Assembly: GCA_046563655.1 (NCBI GenBank)
Contig: CM102286.1
Coordinates: forward strand, 4,216,001-4,280,000
From: Yuukianura sp. NJ FZ-2021
Lineage: Eukaryota
Direction of reading: 5' to 3'
Length of the DNA: 64,000 nt
Position numbers and translations under genes: made by a program. Below are positions 11,603 to 24,693 of the stretch, one piece after another. Position 1 is the first letter of the stretch, and every line of letters starts with the position of its first letter. The notes under the pieces are model-generated. The model had not been told where the DNA came from, made no database searches, and was given only the letters and a program-made list of their open reading frames with translations.

Positions 11603-13168
11603 AATTCCAAAAATTATCACAGCCCAAATTTTCTAAACAAATTTTGGAATTTCAAACAACATTGCATGTAAAGACTTGTCTAAATAAAAAAAAATTGGTG
11701 AACACTTTCTGTAAAAGTTTTCACCATTTCTACGTCGACTCTCCCAGTGATGCGCTGCGCTTGCGACTGACCTTGTTTGCTTTGTTTCGTGTCATGCAAA
11801 CTATATTGGATTCGAATTTAATTTTCCTAATCCTCTTTTCTCTTCGTAAGGTTTGGCTCTTCTGGTCAAGATTATTAATGGTAGTGGATTTTAGTACGCG
11901 TGGATTTAGCAGATGAGGAAAACGGAAAGGCGGGAGAAAACGAAAAACCGAAAAGCCTAATAATTCCCTCCCTCCTAATAGACTCATTTCTCTGACTCAA
12001 TTTGGCCGAAGGAATGAAGAATAATATTTGGTTGGGTTCATCTCATGACAAAGTGGAGAGGCCTGTTCTCATCATCAATTTATTAAGATTGATTGAATTG
12101 GGCTTAGTTGTTGGCCGTTGGCTGTCACTGGAACTACTACAGGAGTTAGGCTAGGTTAGGTTAAGCTAACTTTTGTGGAGCAGAGGAGAAAGGAGAAAGT
12201 TGTAAAGGGTGTGGGAGGGTAAAGGGGAGATGGTAGGGGGTTAGATGTGAAGTAATTGCTGTCATGCCAAGGTCCCTCCCCTTACCCGCCAACGTCATTT
12301 TCAAATGACTCAGGAGGTCACTAGGGACTCCTAGCGTAATTGCTACTTTTCCTTTTCAGACGTTAGGCGGGAAGACGTAGCGGGGCGTCCGGAAGGGATG
12401 GATCTGGAATCAACAATGATCGCGGTCAAATCACTTGACTTTTGTCCAAAATATGGTGCAAGGGTCACGCCAAGAGGGAATTGCTTTCACCGTACAAATA
12501 ATGCGGGAAAACGTTTTCTCGTCTGGTGAAAGTGTTTGAATTTTTTCTTACTTTAAAGTTGCAATTTTTTTTGAACACTCTGAGGTAATCAACAAGAAAG
12601 AATGTAAAACTGCACATTTAACAAAAAATACTAATTATACATGTAGGTTTAGGTATTAATTTAGAATTTTATTTTATTTTATTTAAAAATTTTTTTTTTT
12701 CATATTTAATTTAAATATATTTGAATTTCGCGCTCAATTTTTGTTTTCTTCCATCCACCGTCCAGTAGTGTCCCATTCCAATGCATATTCCATATTCCAT
12801 ATATATATTCCATAGTGATTTCAGTGGATATCCAGTGGTAGTGGCAGTTAAGCCACTGGATGTTTAAAATCCAACCATTGGTAATAAATTTTTAAAAAAC
12901 TTCAAACCTATGCTTAAGCTATAGACGGAATTCCGCTTTCCTTCCCTCGAACTAATCATTGAAGAAGCACTTTATATTGTATTAAACTAATAGAATCAAT
13001 AAAAATTAATAAATTTATACACCAGAAAACGGTTCCATTTTGGATTTTTAATATTTCTACTCCACACATTCCATATCAACTCACAAGCGCTTCATTTCCA
13101 ACTTATTCATCCAAAGAACGTGACAGATTGATTTCAAACTATTGAGGAAACATTCCCGCTTTTTCAAA

Positions 13169-15812
13169 ATGTCAGCAAAGTTTTTGGTTTTTGTAAATTT
13201 GGTTACCGTAGTAACCTCGCGAGCCAAACCTTTGACAATCGACTACAACATCTACCTTACACCGTACGAGGCCAACTGTCACTCACTTATTATTGTGACG
13301 CACTTTGCCTATGTTGACCTTGTGCCGTTGACCTCTCCAGTGGAACTACGTATACAATCTGTAGGTAAAGTTCTGCCCGCAAATATGTTTTCGAAGGGAT
13401 GCCCAATAACATCTCGTACAATTCAGGACCTCATTAATCACCGAATTGGATTTCTATGGCGGATTTTGACAAAACGTACTTGTCTTGCACTTTTTGTAGA
13501 CTACTCATCACCAGTCATAATGCATAAACAGATCTCGGAAAGATTAATGCTCGATCTGCATCACTTCTGGAATGTTCGCAACGCACTTCATACAGTTTAC
13601 AAAACTGAAAAAAAGGAAGTTTGGGTGGAAAAAGGTACGAAAAGGGCAGATTCCAACTATTTTATTACATTTGCAGCATCGATATACTTGAACGTAGTCG
13701 GAAGTTCTCGGATTTCTGGTAAATTTGAAGAAAGGTTTTATGACGTTGTATATAAGAGGAATTGCATTTTAGGCTGCCCAGAAATATTACTTTGGAGATG
13801 CGTACCCATGTTTACACAAATTTATTTTCATGACGTTGATATACCAAATCAATTCAAATCTGTATCATGCATTTTTCCAGTGTCATTTAGCAAGGTTCGA
13901 AGAAGATTAACGACAAGCCAATGGCAACAAGCCTTGGTTTTGACTAAGAAACCCATTAGAGAATTTTCGCTGCAAGAATTGGCACAAATTTCGCTCGTCA
14001 ACAGAAATCAATGCGGAAATTTCAAGTTCCAAATTCTTAGCTTCGCTCCGGTAGGCCGCAAAAACATATTTCTTCTGAGTGAAACCAAGAATGAAGTGGA
14101 CATGATTGGCGACATAGCCGAAACTGGAATAGACGCAGACAAAAACTCGGACCTGCGCATGCTCATGCATGGAAAATTGCTGTTTGGTTCCATTTCAAAC
14201 ATAACGGTTAACATGCACTTTGCTCTTGACGACACTAATAAAAAAAACTATTATATCTACAAGAAATATAAATACTTCAGACCCACCTTCAGCATCCAAG
14301 GTAATGTCCACCAATCGTTTGGGTCAAATCAGCATTATTTTCCCACGGAAACCGTGGCATACACTTTCTTTGCCTGTCATCTAGCAGTGCATGGCAGGTC
14401 ATTTAATTCATACGTTAAGCCTCTTGAGTTCGAAGCTTGGATTGTCATGACCTTGACCTTGACCTTGGTCATTCCATTCTCATTTTACTTTTTACTCAAA
14501 AGAGACAACCAACTACCGTTCTTCATCTACGCATTCGTTATGGAGCAGGGTCCGAACCTGCGTGCAGCCACTCAGGATCTGCCCATGTTCAAACTGCTCG
14601 TCATGTCACTGTCACTAATCACGATCATTCTGGGCAATGGCTACAGGAGTGTCGTCACAACGGAACTTTTAGCGCCAAAACTCGTTTCGCGCGTGGAGAC
14701 TTTCGATGACATCAGAGGCTTGAGCGGAAAAGCATATAGAATGTATTACAATTGGATTGACCCCAATATCCACCTTGGCCTTTGTTACAACGCAAGGAAT
14801 TACTCTGAATGTGCTGTTGCTCTACTCCATCACGGTCAAGCACAACCTGTCAGAAGAATCACAACTTTTGACCATCATGAGATGATTAAACTTAACGAAA
14901 GCGGTGGCAACTTCACAGAAAAGTTGTCAAAGGCATTTTTTTGGTACAAAACCTTAAAAGAACTGCCAAGGACTACGGAATTCCGATGGACGCAAGAACA
15001 ATGTGAAGCTCATGTTTACTTTAGCACAGGTAAGCCACTAACATATTTAGGAAGTTTGAATTATAAATTATAGAAACTAAGAAAATTATTGTCACCCCAA
15101 CTACCAGTTTTGTAACGGCTACGGGGATTGGTCGATTTTAAACCTATAGCGTCACTTTCCTAATTTTTATCAAGTAAAGAAATTGCCTGTATAAACAAGC
15201 CTAAAAGTTTGAAAGGTGGCGTCACCGATTGCCGTAAACTCTATAATTTTTATAATTTGCCTACAATGCAAGCATAACATTTTAAGTTCATTTCTAAAAA
15301 CGAAACTAAGTTGTTGACTAAATGTAGAGGAAGACGTGAAACAGCATATCTTGATTTCTCGAGCTCAACAACAGCAAAACGGCGGGAATTCTGAACTGGA
15401 ATTTTACCTGGGAAAGGAAAAGAAATTTCAAATCGACAGAGGAATGTACGTTGAAAATTTGCACTACCTCGGTGAATATGGATTCCGAAGACTAGGTGGA
15501 ACTTTGCAGTCTGGAATTTTGGACTATTTGAATTCGCGATTTGAGCAGGAAAAAGAACGGGTTTTTGCCGCGAGATTGAACCAAACGCGCTACTGGCCAA
15601 AACCCAAAAAACTTGGACTTAACATACACATCCAGACTCTGTTTCTCTCGAAAATCACTTTACTTTCAGCCGCTCTTTTCCTCTTTCTCATTGAAATTCG
15701 AACACTTCTTGTGTCTATCTTAAAAAAATTGTGTCACTGTTTTCATAATTTAAAAAATTTCGTCAGAAAGCATTTCAATTTCTGCAAATTATTTCGAAAA
15801 GCATTCCGTTGA
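13169..15812 (+). CDS. Divergent ionotropic receptor (IR)-like chemoreceptor (exons 13169-15029, 15328-15812)
   Basis: N-terminal signal, pre-M1 YVKPLEFEAWIV followed by a TM, M3-like IILGNGYRSVVTTELLAP..ETFDDI, S2/M4-like LQSGILDYL...KLGLNIHIQTLF followed by a TM. A phase-1 GT-AG intron joins the two ORFs in frame. Confidence 0.7.
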
Positions 15813-17105
15813 ATTCAGACACCTCCTAAACACCCATTTGAATGTTTTAAATATTCTACTCCACCTCAGCTCTGACTCATCAATAATGAAATACATTGAA
15901 TTCAGCGAATCAATAATATCGTAGAAATTTCTGCACAACAAAAAAGTTCCACCATCAATTTTGAATATTTAACCAACAAATATCATAACATTGTACTAAC
16001 GACATTTCAAAATTAGCAAACTCTCACTCACTGAACGAGAAAATGTGGTTCCAAATGTTAACTTTTTTTGTCTTTATAAAAATCTTTATATGTTCCAGTA
16101 AACTGGATATCTCCCTACTCGACATTTCATCCACGGATAGCCGGAAAAAAATGGACGAAACTAATATATCCAAAGGGACAGAGCTTTGCCCTACCGTTTG
16201 ATGCCCCATGTGCACCCTGTACAAAAGTTGTTCCTATGGACCTCGGGAACTACTGGTTAAATTTTCAGCCAAATCGTGCGGGTCTGTTTAAAATTTGTTT
16301 TAACCATTAATATTTGGAAATGTTAGCCTGTTGCATGTATAATCCTGAATAATAGCCTGAAAGCCATTTTGGAATTGTCAAACTAATTTCTGTTACTAGG
16401 TTTCAGAAAATTTATGAGAGAAGTTTTTTTTTTCGCAACGTACGACATGATACTTTTGTTTTATTCCAAATACGGACTGTCAAATTTCAACTGCCTAGAA
16501 GCGGTTGAAGTTGAAACTGTAACTGTAACTTGATCTTCCTTTTATTTCATTCTTTTTGCAGAACTTTTTTTCTAGATTCAAGTGTGAAATTACATCTTCG
16601 TTATTCTCTATTGCTACGCTCGAGTTTCACAAGTAGAATTTAAACAAAAGTTTTGCTGGAGGAACTTTGGAAAAGGACAGGGACAGTCTATAAACGTTGT
16701 TTCGTCCCTTCTGAGTTCTGTTTTATTCAACATTTGTTCCTGGTTCAATTCCATTACATTTTTGTTCTTTTCGAATGTGAGAATTTTAGCATGCCGTGAA
16801 TGTGTTCTGGTGCCAAAGTTAAGCTTTAGAAGCTAAGCATATTGCTTTCTCCAGTATGAACAGAGGGCATAGGATCACTTGCGTCGTCGTCCCTCCAGAA
16901 CACTGTCGTATTAAAAAGTAAGAATCCAATTTCCTTTTTTCTGTTGCAAACAGGCTCAAGAAATATTTGTACAATTCCCTTATACATTTATTTCTCCCTC
17001 GTCCCCTCGTATGCAGACAGCGTAGAATCAATTTTAAATTAACTTTTTAAAATCATTTCCGCTTTCTTCTCTCTTATTTTAAATTGTGTCTGCAGCAGCA
17101 CCAAG

Positions 17106-20100
17106 ATGCTATTGGTTCTGAGCATCATTTTCGTAACTACTGGCGTAAGTAGCCTTACGCCTGGCCAAGTATCACCACTTCTTAAAACTTGGAACAAAAA
17201 CACGAATTTGGACACTCTGAGCAATTGGGTGGGATTTGAAGAGATCTGCTCCAAGAACATTCTCTCCTTCCCAATGGACATGGATCGAACGGTTATTTCG
17301 ATTCCACCGAATTCTACTATTTCAGCGAAACAAATTATTTTACCACGGAATGGTCACTTGGTATTCCGAGAAGGGAGCACGGCATGGTTCAACTCCCCTT
17401 CGGAGACTTGTCAAGGCGCCGGTGAGTCATTTCTCCCACACTTTTTGACTTGGAAGAATTATGAGGTTGACCTATTGCTCAAGTGCACGGAAAGTCAGAG
17501 CTTAACTTTTGAAAAAAAAAACGAAATTCAACAGTCACATACAACTGACCTCTTTTTTCTCCCCAAAGAGAATCAAACTATTAATCACTTGACCTCAGCG
17601 TGAGATCTAATTGATTGCATTTCAAAAAAAAATTGAAACAAAACATAAAAAAAAAGTTAAGCCAAAATAAGGTATAAAAAAACAAGGGAAACTTTTCCTA
17701 GAATAAAATTTTTTGAAAGATTGTGGCGAATTTGTAAAATTTGAATTTCTTGCATGGAGTTTTAAATAAAAAAAAAACGCTAAATTTTGAAATTTCAGTT
17801 TTTGCCGCGGCTTGCAACTTTCACCCTCATTTCTTTTAAGTTTTAGGTTTATGTTGTCATAAAATTTTCATAAAAGTGAAACGCACTGAGAGTGATGTCG
17901 TGCTCCAACGTCCTAATTTTTTGTTCAATTTTTTTCAGAGCTGAAGTTTCTTCATACTTCCCGCGGCGACTGGTTTGACTTTGGTAATTGGGACGGTAGG
18001 GGTGACAGCCTGTTGAACTCTGGTGGCGTAATTCCTCATGTGGAGCGTGTGCCTTGTCAATACGACTCTGTCCAATTTCCCGCTGAAAGTTCCTACCATT
18101 TGCTCATTTCTTCGGACGTGGTCGTTGCCAAGTTTTTCCTGGGGGAAGAGGTATGTATGTGTCTCATGCTTTCACTGCACGATCCTTCAACTTTCACTTC
18201 AGTCCTCATCGGTATTCTTGAGACACTTTGGGGAAGGCTGGCCTCCGTCGTCAAAAAAGTGTCTGTGCAGAATGACCCTTAACTGGCCCTTTGTAGGCTC
18301 TAATTAAATTCAATGGAAAGTTTATGCACTTAAAATCAAAGACAAACAACTACTTCTTTGGAAAGAGTGGCTAAACTTTTGGCAAAAGAGAAACAAAACT
18401 TTTTGAAAAGAACATATTTATTTGCAGAACTCCTTATTTTCAAAGTTTGGAAATAAAATTGTATTTGCAAATTCTTGTTGCGTAGGAACTCAACTACACG
18501 GCAGTTGCTTTTCTTATGAGCACTCCACTTGGAATAATTCAATTCCGAAAACCAACTGGAACGCAATTCAGTATTGTTGAAAGCAACTGGAGTGACAGCG
18601 ATGACTTCATTTGCAAAAACTATCAATCTCCAATTCGTGAAAAAGTAAGTCGTGAAAAGAGAAAAGTAGAGCAAAAATTTCAGTCTCTATTCAAAATATT
18701 TCAAAACATTTGTCATATTTCTCACTTTGAGCGCAGCAAGCGCGGCAAACGTTTAATTGTGCACAAAAACGTTTTCAAACGCTAGAAAAAATGAAATTTC
18801 ATCGACTACTGCTTTAGGTTTGCAGTTTTGCACGCTGCGTCAACGTTGATGACAAATGTGAAAATCCCGTTATTCCCCACGGTTTCTGCTGTCCCATTTG
18901 TGGTGAGTCAAGCGCTTTCTTTTTTGATTCTAAAAATATTTTTTGCAAGTCCATCATATTGGTCCATGAGTGATGATTTGTCAATTTGAGGTTACCATCT
19001 TAAAATTGAGCATAACGGTGCATTGGTCCTGAAACCTGTCAAGGAGCGTGCCAAAGCCAAAATGGATTCACTCGGCCTGAACAGTTCCAACACTCAGGCG
19101 TACTTTGGTCGCTACGGACGGAAACTTGCTCACATCGTATTCATTCCATGGATGAACAAGACGAAGGACGTGGCTAAACTCGTCGATGAGATTCGGATCT
19201 TCCTCAAAGCGGGTAACAAGGAGTCGTCTTCCACATGATATTGGCCAAGTATCTGTCGAATTCTAGAACTTACAAAGTAGAGAAGCGTTAGGTTTCTGCT
19301 GTGCCCAGGCTTGAATTTCTCGCCACCATCGCTTCAGAATTATGATCGAACACCGCTTTAGAATTCCAAGTTGGAACAAGCAGGGAGACAATGGGGATAT
19401 AAATGCTGTCTTTTTCAATCCATTTGTTTCAATTTTGCAACATACGCACACCTTGAACTTACGAGCTCCAGTTGCCAAATAGCGGCCTCAATTTGGAGAT
19501 TTATGGTAAAACATAAAGTTTAGCAAGGAAAAGCTTACATTACAAAAGGTCAAGTGTTTCTTAACGCTTCAAACTTATAACGCTCCTGCGGGTTAAACGC
19601 ATCATCATAATGCATAATTATTCCAGGGCTCTCTGAGAAGTTTTATGGTAATTTGAAGTCATTTGGAAAACAATAGCTAGAAGTGTGTCACTGGACTAAA
19701 ACTTTTTATAACTTTGCTGTCAATAACTTGTTGATGCTAAAATTAATATGACTAATTACAACAGTTTTACTTTTCATCATACTCAGAACAAAGCTCATTT
19801 CTTAAAAAAAAATAAATGTGATTAAATATAAGTTTAAAAAGCAAAAAGTAATTTAGAAGTTATGAGGAAATACTTGTTTGACAAATCTCAAGTACCAGAA
19901 AAACCGCAAGGACTAATTTATAAGATTCTCAGGAGCTGTACTTATCGATCATGCGAAACATCTCCATCAAGCGGTAACTTACGAAATGGACTACTTTTAA
20001 CAAAGAAAAAATGTTTTGCATGAAAGGCTAGCCATAGGCTTTAGGTTTTTATTTAGGTTTTCAAACCCTGGCACAATACTTTTGAGTTAATCTTTTGCAT

Positions 20101-20852
20101 TTGAGTACGCTAAAAAAAACTTTCTTTTTTTTCAAATTCAGATCCATCAGTAACAACGACAACAGTTGTAAAATCGTGGGATGATGCAAGTAGCAGCAGT
20201 CTTCAAGCGGGAGGAGGAAATGCTGGAGAAATAACACTAATCGTATTCTTCATTTTGATTCTCATTGGAATCACAGCGTTCCTCGTCTTTCTCTGGACCA
20301 AACACGGGTAAAATATTTGTTTTTAAAGAAGTCAAATAAGTTTAAATAAGACAAATGATTCTTAAAGTGATTTTGTTTCAGCGGATTCCCCACGATTACA
20401 GTAAATTCCATTTTGTCCCGCCTTCCGCCACTTCCGCGTATGGGTGGGGATGGCACTAGTCCAAGACCTTCGTTTTCATTTGCAAGGTTTTCAAATGAAA
20501 GAATATCGAATATAAACATTGGAGCAACTATCTCTGGCGACATTCAACGGACGGAAGAAGTTGATTCAGAAACAAAACCAATTGAACTCGTCGCTCCATC
20601 GGACGGAGACCATGTCGCTAGCATGGGATTTACAAATGCCACTTACGATCTTATTGACGTAGGCGACAGCCCTGGGGCAATACCATCAACGTCAGTAATT
20701 CCAGAAGAGGATGAACATATCTATGACTTGGTTGAGGTTTGTGTATCATGTTTTATTTTCTAATTGTGCGCTAAACTTTGAATTTTGTAATATCGTTTTT
20801 ATAGATACATCCTGATTCGTCCGCTATACTCCAAGGAAAAATGGAAGAATGA
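17106..20852 (+). CDS. amn: Protein amnionless homolog (multi-exon type I membrane protein)
   Basis: Signal peptide, KTWNKNTNLDTLSNW, IILPRNGHLVF, DWFDFGNW...IPHVERVPCQYDSVQFP, LSTPLGIIQF, Cys-rich CENPVIPHGFCCPICG, TM ITLIVFFILILIGITAFLVFLW, and a cytoplasmic FTNATY endocytic-like motif. Last exon is 20805-20852. Confidence 0.85.
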
Positions 20853-21207
20853 TCACGTCGCAAATTTGAGTCATGCTGATCTGCATTTGTACTCGATTAA
20901 AATTTCCGAAACTGCAAATACAAATCAATAGTTAGTGTTACAATCGAAACTTTTCGATTCGTTAAGCAAAAATTTAGTTTAGTACTTTATAGTTACCTCT
21001 GCTTTCGAAAAAAAAACTAATGGCAAAATTCGAAGAGTCAAGTGGACAAACCCAAAACCTAGTGAAAAAAATCTTACAACGCCCCAGAACCAAACTACCT
21101 ACTGACGATATTCTAAGTTTTCAAAGTAAAACAAATTTTGTTTTAGAAACTAATTAAATCCTTCGCTATAATTCATATAATTCATTGCATTTTTTATTTC
21201 TTGTTGA

Positions 21208-22451
21208 TTAACCCACGCCGGGAATGCCGTTTTGCTGGTTTGGGCTGGTCGCCGCAGTAGCTCCTTGTTGCAGCCCACTACCAACTACAGGAATACTGCC
21301 AGCACCCTGCTGAATTTGTTGGTTACCATTGATTCCACTAGATCCAGGATTCTTTTTGCATTCCGGAGGTGGAGCATCTAGTGCTACACAGGAACGCCCA
21401 GTGCCAGGAAATGCCCCCTCGACACAGTAGAGTCCAGGACAACAGTCACAGTTACAGGCTTGAGCAGAACCCATACACTATGATTTTATTCAATTGTTTG
21501 ACATTTGACAAATTGAAATTGAACTGAAATAGACATTGAAAGTGGCGATCAAGTTTTTACACGCTTAGTGTCTAGTACCTTACCCCATTTGGTTTTTGCG
21601 GCTGCTCGTTGGCTGGCTTTTCCGGCAAAGGTTGTTTGGCCGGTTTTTGGGGTTTACCTGCCGGTTTCTGTGGCTTACCCTCCGGCTTCTGGGGTTTAGC
21701 TCCCGGTTTCTGTGGCTTACCGGCAGGTTGCGGCTTGCCTGCTGGTTTCTGGGGTTTCGAATTTGTGGGTTTTCCATTGTTGGGTTTCTGGGGTTTGTTA
21801 GGCTTTTGTGGCTTACTTGGTTTTTGGGGTTTCGAATTTGAGGGTTTACCGCCGTCAACTACCTGCGCTGGCTTGCTGGGTTTCTGAGGTTTTCCGTTCG
21901 GCTTTGGTTTTCGTTCCTCCGTTTCCGACTCGGTCATTTCCGATTCGTCACTTCGGAACAGCGATACATAAGGACTTCGATGTTTTCCGGATGGCTTGTG
22001 CTTATGGTTTTTTCGCTTTGGTTTCTTGGGTTTCCTGTACTTGGCAGGTTTGCGGTGTTTCTTGCCTCGCGGTGGCTTGACAGTGGTGTTGCTAGGTGCT
22101 GCCGTAACAGCTGTAGTTGCAGCTTCTGTAGTCGCAACGCTCGCCGCTGTCGTCGACTCAAGAAGTCCTTTACATCGTTCTTGGTAAGACTTGCAAAGAT
22201 CTGTAAAGACATAAATACTATTATTTTTCACCACTTTTCAAATACTAGCCGATCAGCTGAAACATAACATACTTACCGCTGGATGGATCGCTTTTACATG
22301 GGCTTTCGGCCGTCGCATCACATGCTAAAGCGGTTGAAGCTGTAGTCACATCCGATAGGGTGCCGCCAACTTCCTCCGAAGATGAACCAACTAAACAACA
22401 TCCCAGAACTGCCAATGCCGCCGCCAACAGTATTACGCTAGACCGCGCCAT
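21208..22451 (-). CDS. Secreted protein: 4-Cys module + Thr/Ala and basic linkers + KPQKP repeats + C-terminal knottin-like 8-Cys domain (exons 22451-22277, 22200-21584, 21477-21208; ~353 aa)
   Basis: Signal MARSSVILLAAALAVLGCCLVG; three exons join in frame via GT-AG introns; last exon CMGSAQACNCDCCPGLYCVEGAFPGTGRSCVALDAPPPEC. Confidence 0.8.
21584..21910 (-). repeat. Coding tandem repeat of (G/N/S)KPQKP units
   Basis: About a dozen KPQKP-type units are visible in the translation of ORF 21572..22234. Confidence 0.9.
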
Positions 22452-23009
22452 GTCAAATCTCAAAATTTGCCCGCAACTCTGCCACCTCTTCGCCTTTAGA
22501 TTTGACTGATTTCCTGAAACGGCTTTCACGGCTTATTTAACTTACGTCGGTAACACTGAACAAGACCATTAGAATTATTCATCTTTACTAATAATCCATG
22601 TTATATGGAATTGGGTCGTGCTACATATTGCGTAACCCATGTTAATTGTTAATTTAATTATTTAGTAGCAGACAAATTAATTAAATATTTATGGAACATT
22701 ATTGATTGATTTCATTTAGTCACTTCGATTTTAGCTTGATTGTGGATAGAATTAATTAATTGAGGCCACTGACTGGGTGAATTGCTCAACTTATCTCAAA
22801 ATGATTAAATCAAGTACTCCGGCAAGGCAAAGTGCCTATATTCACACCAAACTGTTGAATTTATAAACTTCGAAGCTGCTTTTACTAACATTTTGTCTTA
22901 CGTTTGTTGATATTAAAGTTATGTTGAATTTTAAATTTTAAGAGTTAGATTTTTGAGAGAATGCTTTAACATGAATAGCATTTTGTTGAATTTGTTGTAC
23001 TGGTTGGGT

Positions 23010-24693
23010 TCAAATCTGTTCTGTGGGGTTATCTGGTTTCACTAGGTGGACACTTATGTTGTCCGCGTCAGCAGATGCCACCACTTCGTAGCTGTATCTA
23101 CGACTTTCGCCATTCTTTTCAAATGATATTACAATTTTTCCAATTCCGTCTTGACCTGTAACACTTTGTGAGGCTTCGCCGTGAGCCCGGACATCTAACT
23201 GTTCCGAATTCTGGTTCACATTGTTCAGTGCATTTTCATCTACAGTAGAAATTGGCAATTGGGGCGACAGAATTTCCTCTATTTCACTAAAAATTAATTA
23301 ATGAACTTCATTCTCCTCTAATTATAATTTTTAGGCCTTAGTTATATCGTAAAGTAATATTTACGCAGATTTGGACTCGTTCTGTGCCTCCATCTCGGTT
23401 TCCGCTGGTGATTTATGTTCTTCACGACGAAAAGTTTCGTTAAGAAGGATGAGTACGATGCCAAGAGCGAAGTCCAGTGCCACGGCAGCGATTAGTAAAC
23501 CCATCGTGAAGAGTCCGAATTGGAACAATTTGTTCAATTCAATGTCGTAACAGCCCTGTGTCCGTTTCTCCAACCTGTCGCCAACACTGTAGAAGCAAGA
23601 CCGAAGTCCCGGTGCTTCAAGAGGCCAATCTTGGTATCCATCCACACCACAGCAACGACTCTGGAAAATTTTAAGGAAACTGCTAATATAACACACCAAA
23701 AGTTAAAGATATTAGCTGTTCGTAGTTAAGTTTATGTGTAACGCACAAAGGTTTGTGTAGTTGTCCAAATCCGATGAAGAAAACGCATGTCAGGTTGAAA
23801 AGCAATAGAGATGAGCATTTGTCCACGGAGTTTAGACTTTGAATGTTTCCACAACGCGTAAGAGACTGCAACCAGCAGCATATTGACAAACATTTGAATG
23901 TACAGGAATAGCCTAACCTAAAACAAGATTTTGTGAAAATTAGATTCATGTTTTGTTTTTGAAAGGATCTTGAGACTATGTACCCATTCCAAGTACATCT
24001 CCTTCCCGGAAAACAGAAAAATTAGAATCGTGCTTGTAACGACTGCGGAAATGACAATGTTGATCAGTGGTATGATTGGCACGGAGGCGGTGTCTGATGG
24101 AAGATCATAAATGCAGCCTAATGGAAGCAGAAGTGACCGCCACCCAAAAGTGTGTGGTATTTGATCCATTTTCACAATCACAAGAATTGATCCACCGATT
24201 TGCGTCTAGGAGAAAAGTGATTTAGAAATAAAAATTACCTAAATCTCAAACAAGTAAAATCTACGACAAACTTACGAAATACAAAGTTAGGAATGACCAA
24301 CTCAATGCCCAAAGTAGAATGTCCCGGGTCGAAAAATCTCGGCGAACTGTTGGTTCAATCTTGACTTGAACTTTGTCTGACTCTTCAACTAAACATTCTT
24401 GAGACAGTCCTGAACCAGGATCTTCGTAGATCGTCGGCAGCGAGGTATTGGTTTTCGGTTTCCGGAAATCATGGCGGCTTGATTCGGCAGAACCAACCAA
24501 CTAAAATTCATAACATTGTGATTGTGATACTTAGTTGTCAAATATCGTTAACATTTGTGAGATCGACGATAACGTTTGGTGATGTTGAACACCTTACCAT
24601 ATGCCCAGGATACAAGTTGATACAGCCCTTCTTGGGCGCCGAAACCGATTGGGAACTCCCCGGTCTTACGCAATCTCCAGAAACCATTTCCAT
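23010..24693 (-). CDS. Divergent tetraspanin-like protein with long N- and C-terminal tails (multi-exon)
   Basis: Hydrophobic segments (ILLWALSWSFLTLYF; IIPLINIVISAVVTSTILIFLF), large-loop QSRCCGVDGYQDW...RSC...GC, and final TM LFQFGLFTMGLLIAAVALDFALGIVLILL. A phase-2 splice from 23365 to 23286 joins the terminal ORF in frame. The start at 24693 is tentative. Confidence 0.7.

Noticed and set aside
12755..12885. CATATTC/CCAGTGG-rich patch sharing GTGGATATCCAGTGG with the SNW1 intronic MITE
   Set aside because: Only a 15-nt match with no clear inverted termini; insufficient to call an element.
16090..16290. Segment with motifs typical of insect MITE interiors (ACAAAAGTTGTTC, AAATTTTCAGCCAAATCG)
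   Set aside because: No termini or TSD identifiable, so it cannot be delimited.
21580..22267. Multiple overlapping antisense and alternative-frame ORFs (e.g. GFWGLPAG repeats)
   Set aside because: Shadow frames of the KPQKP coding repeat.
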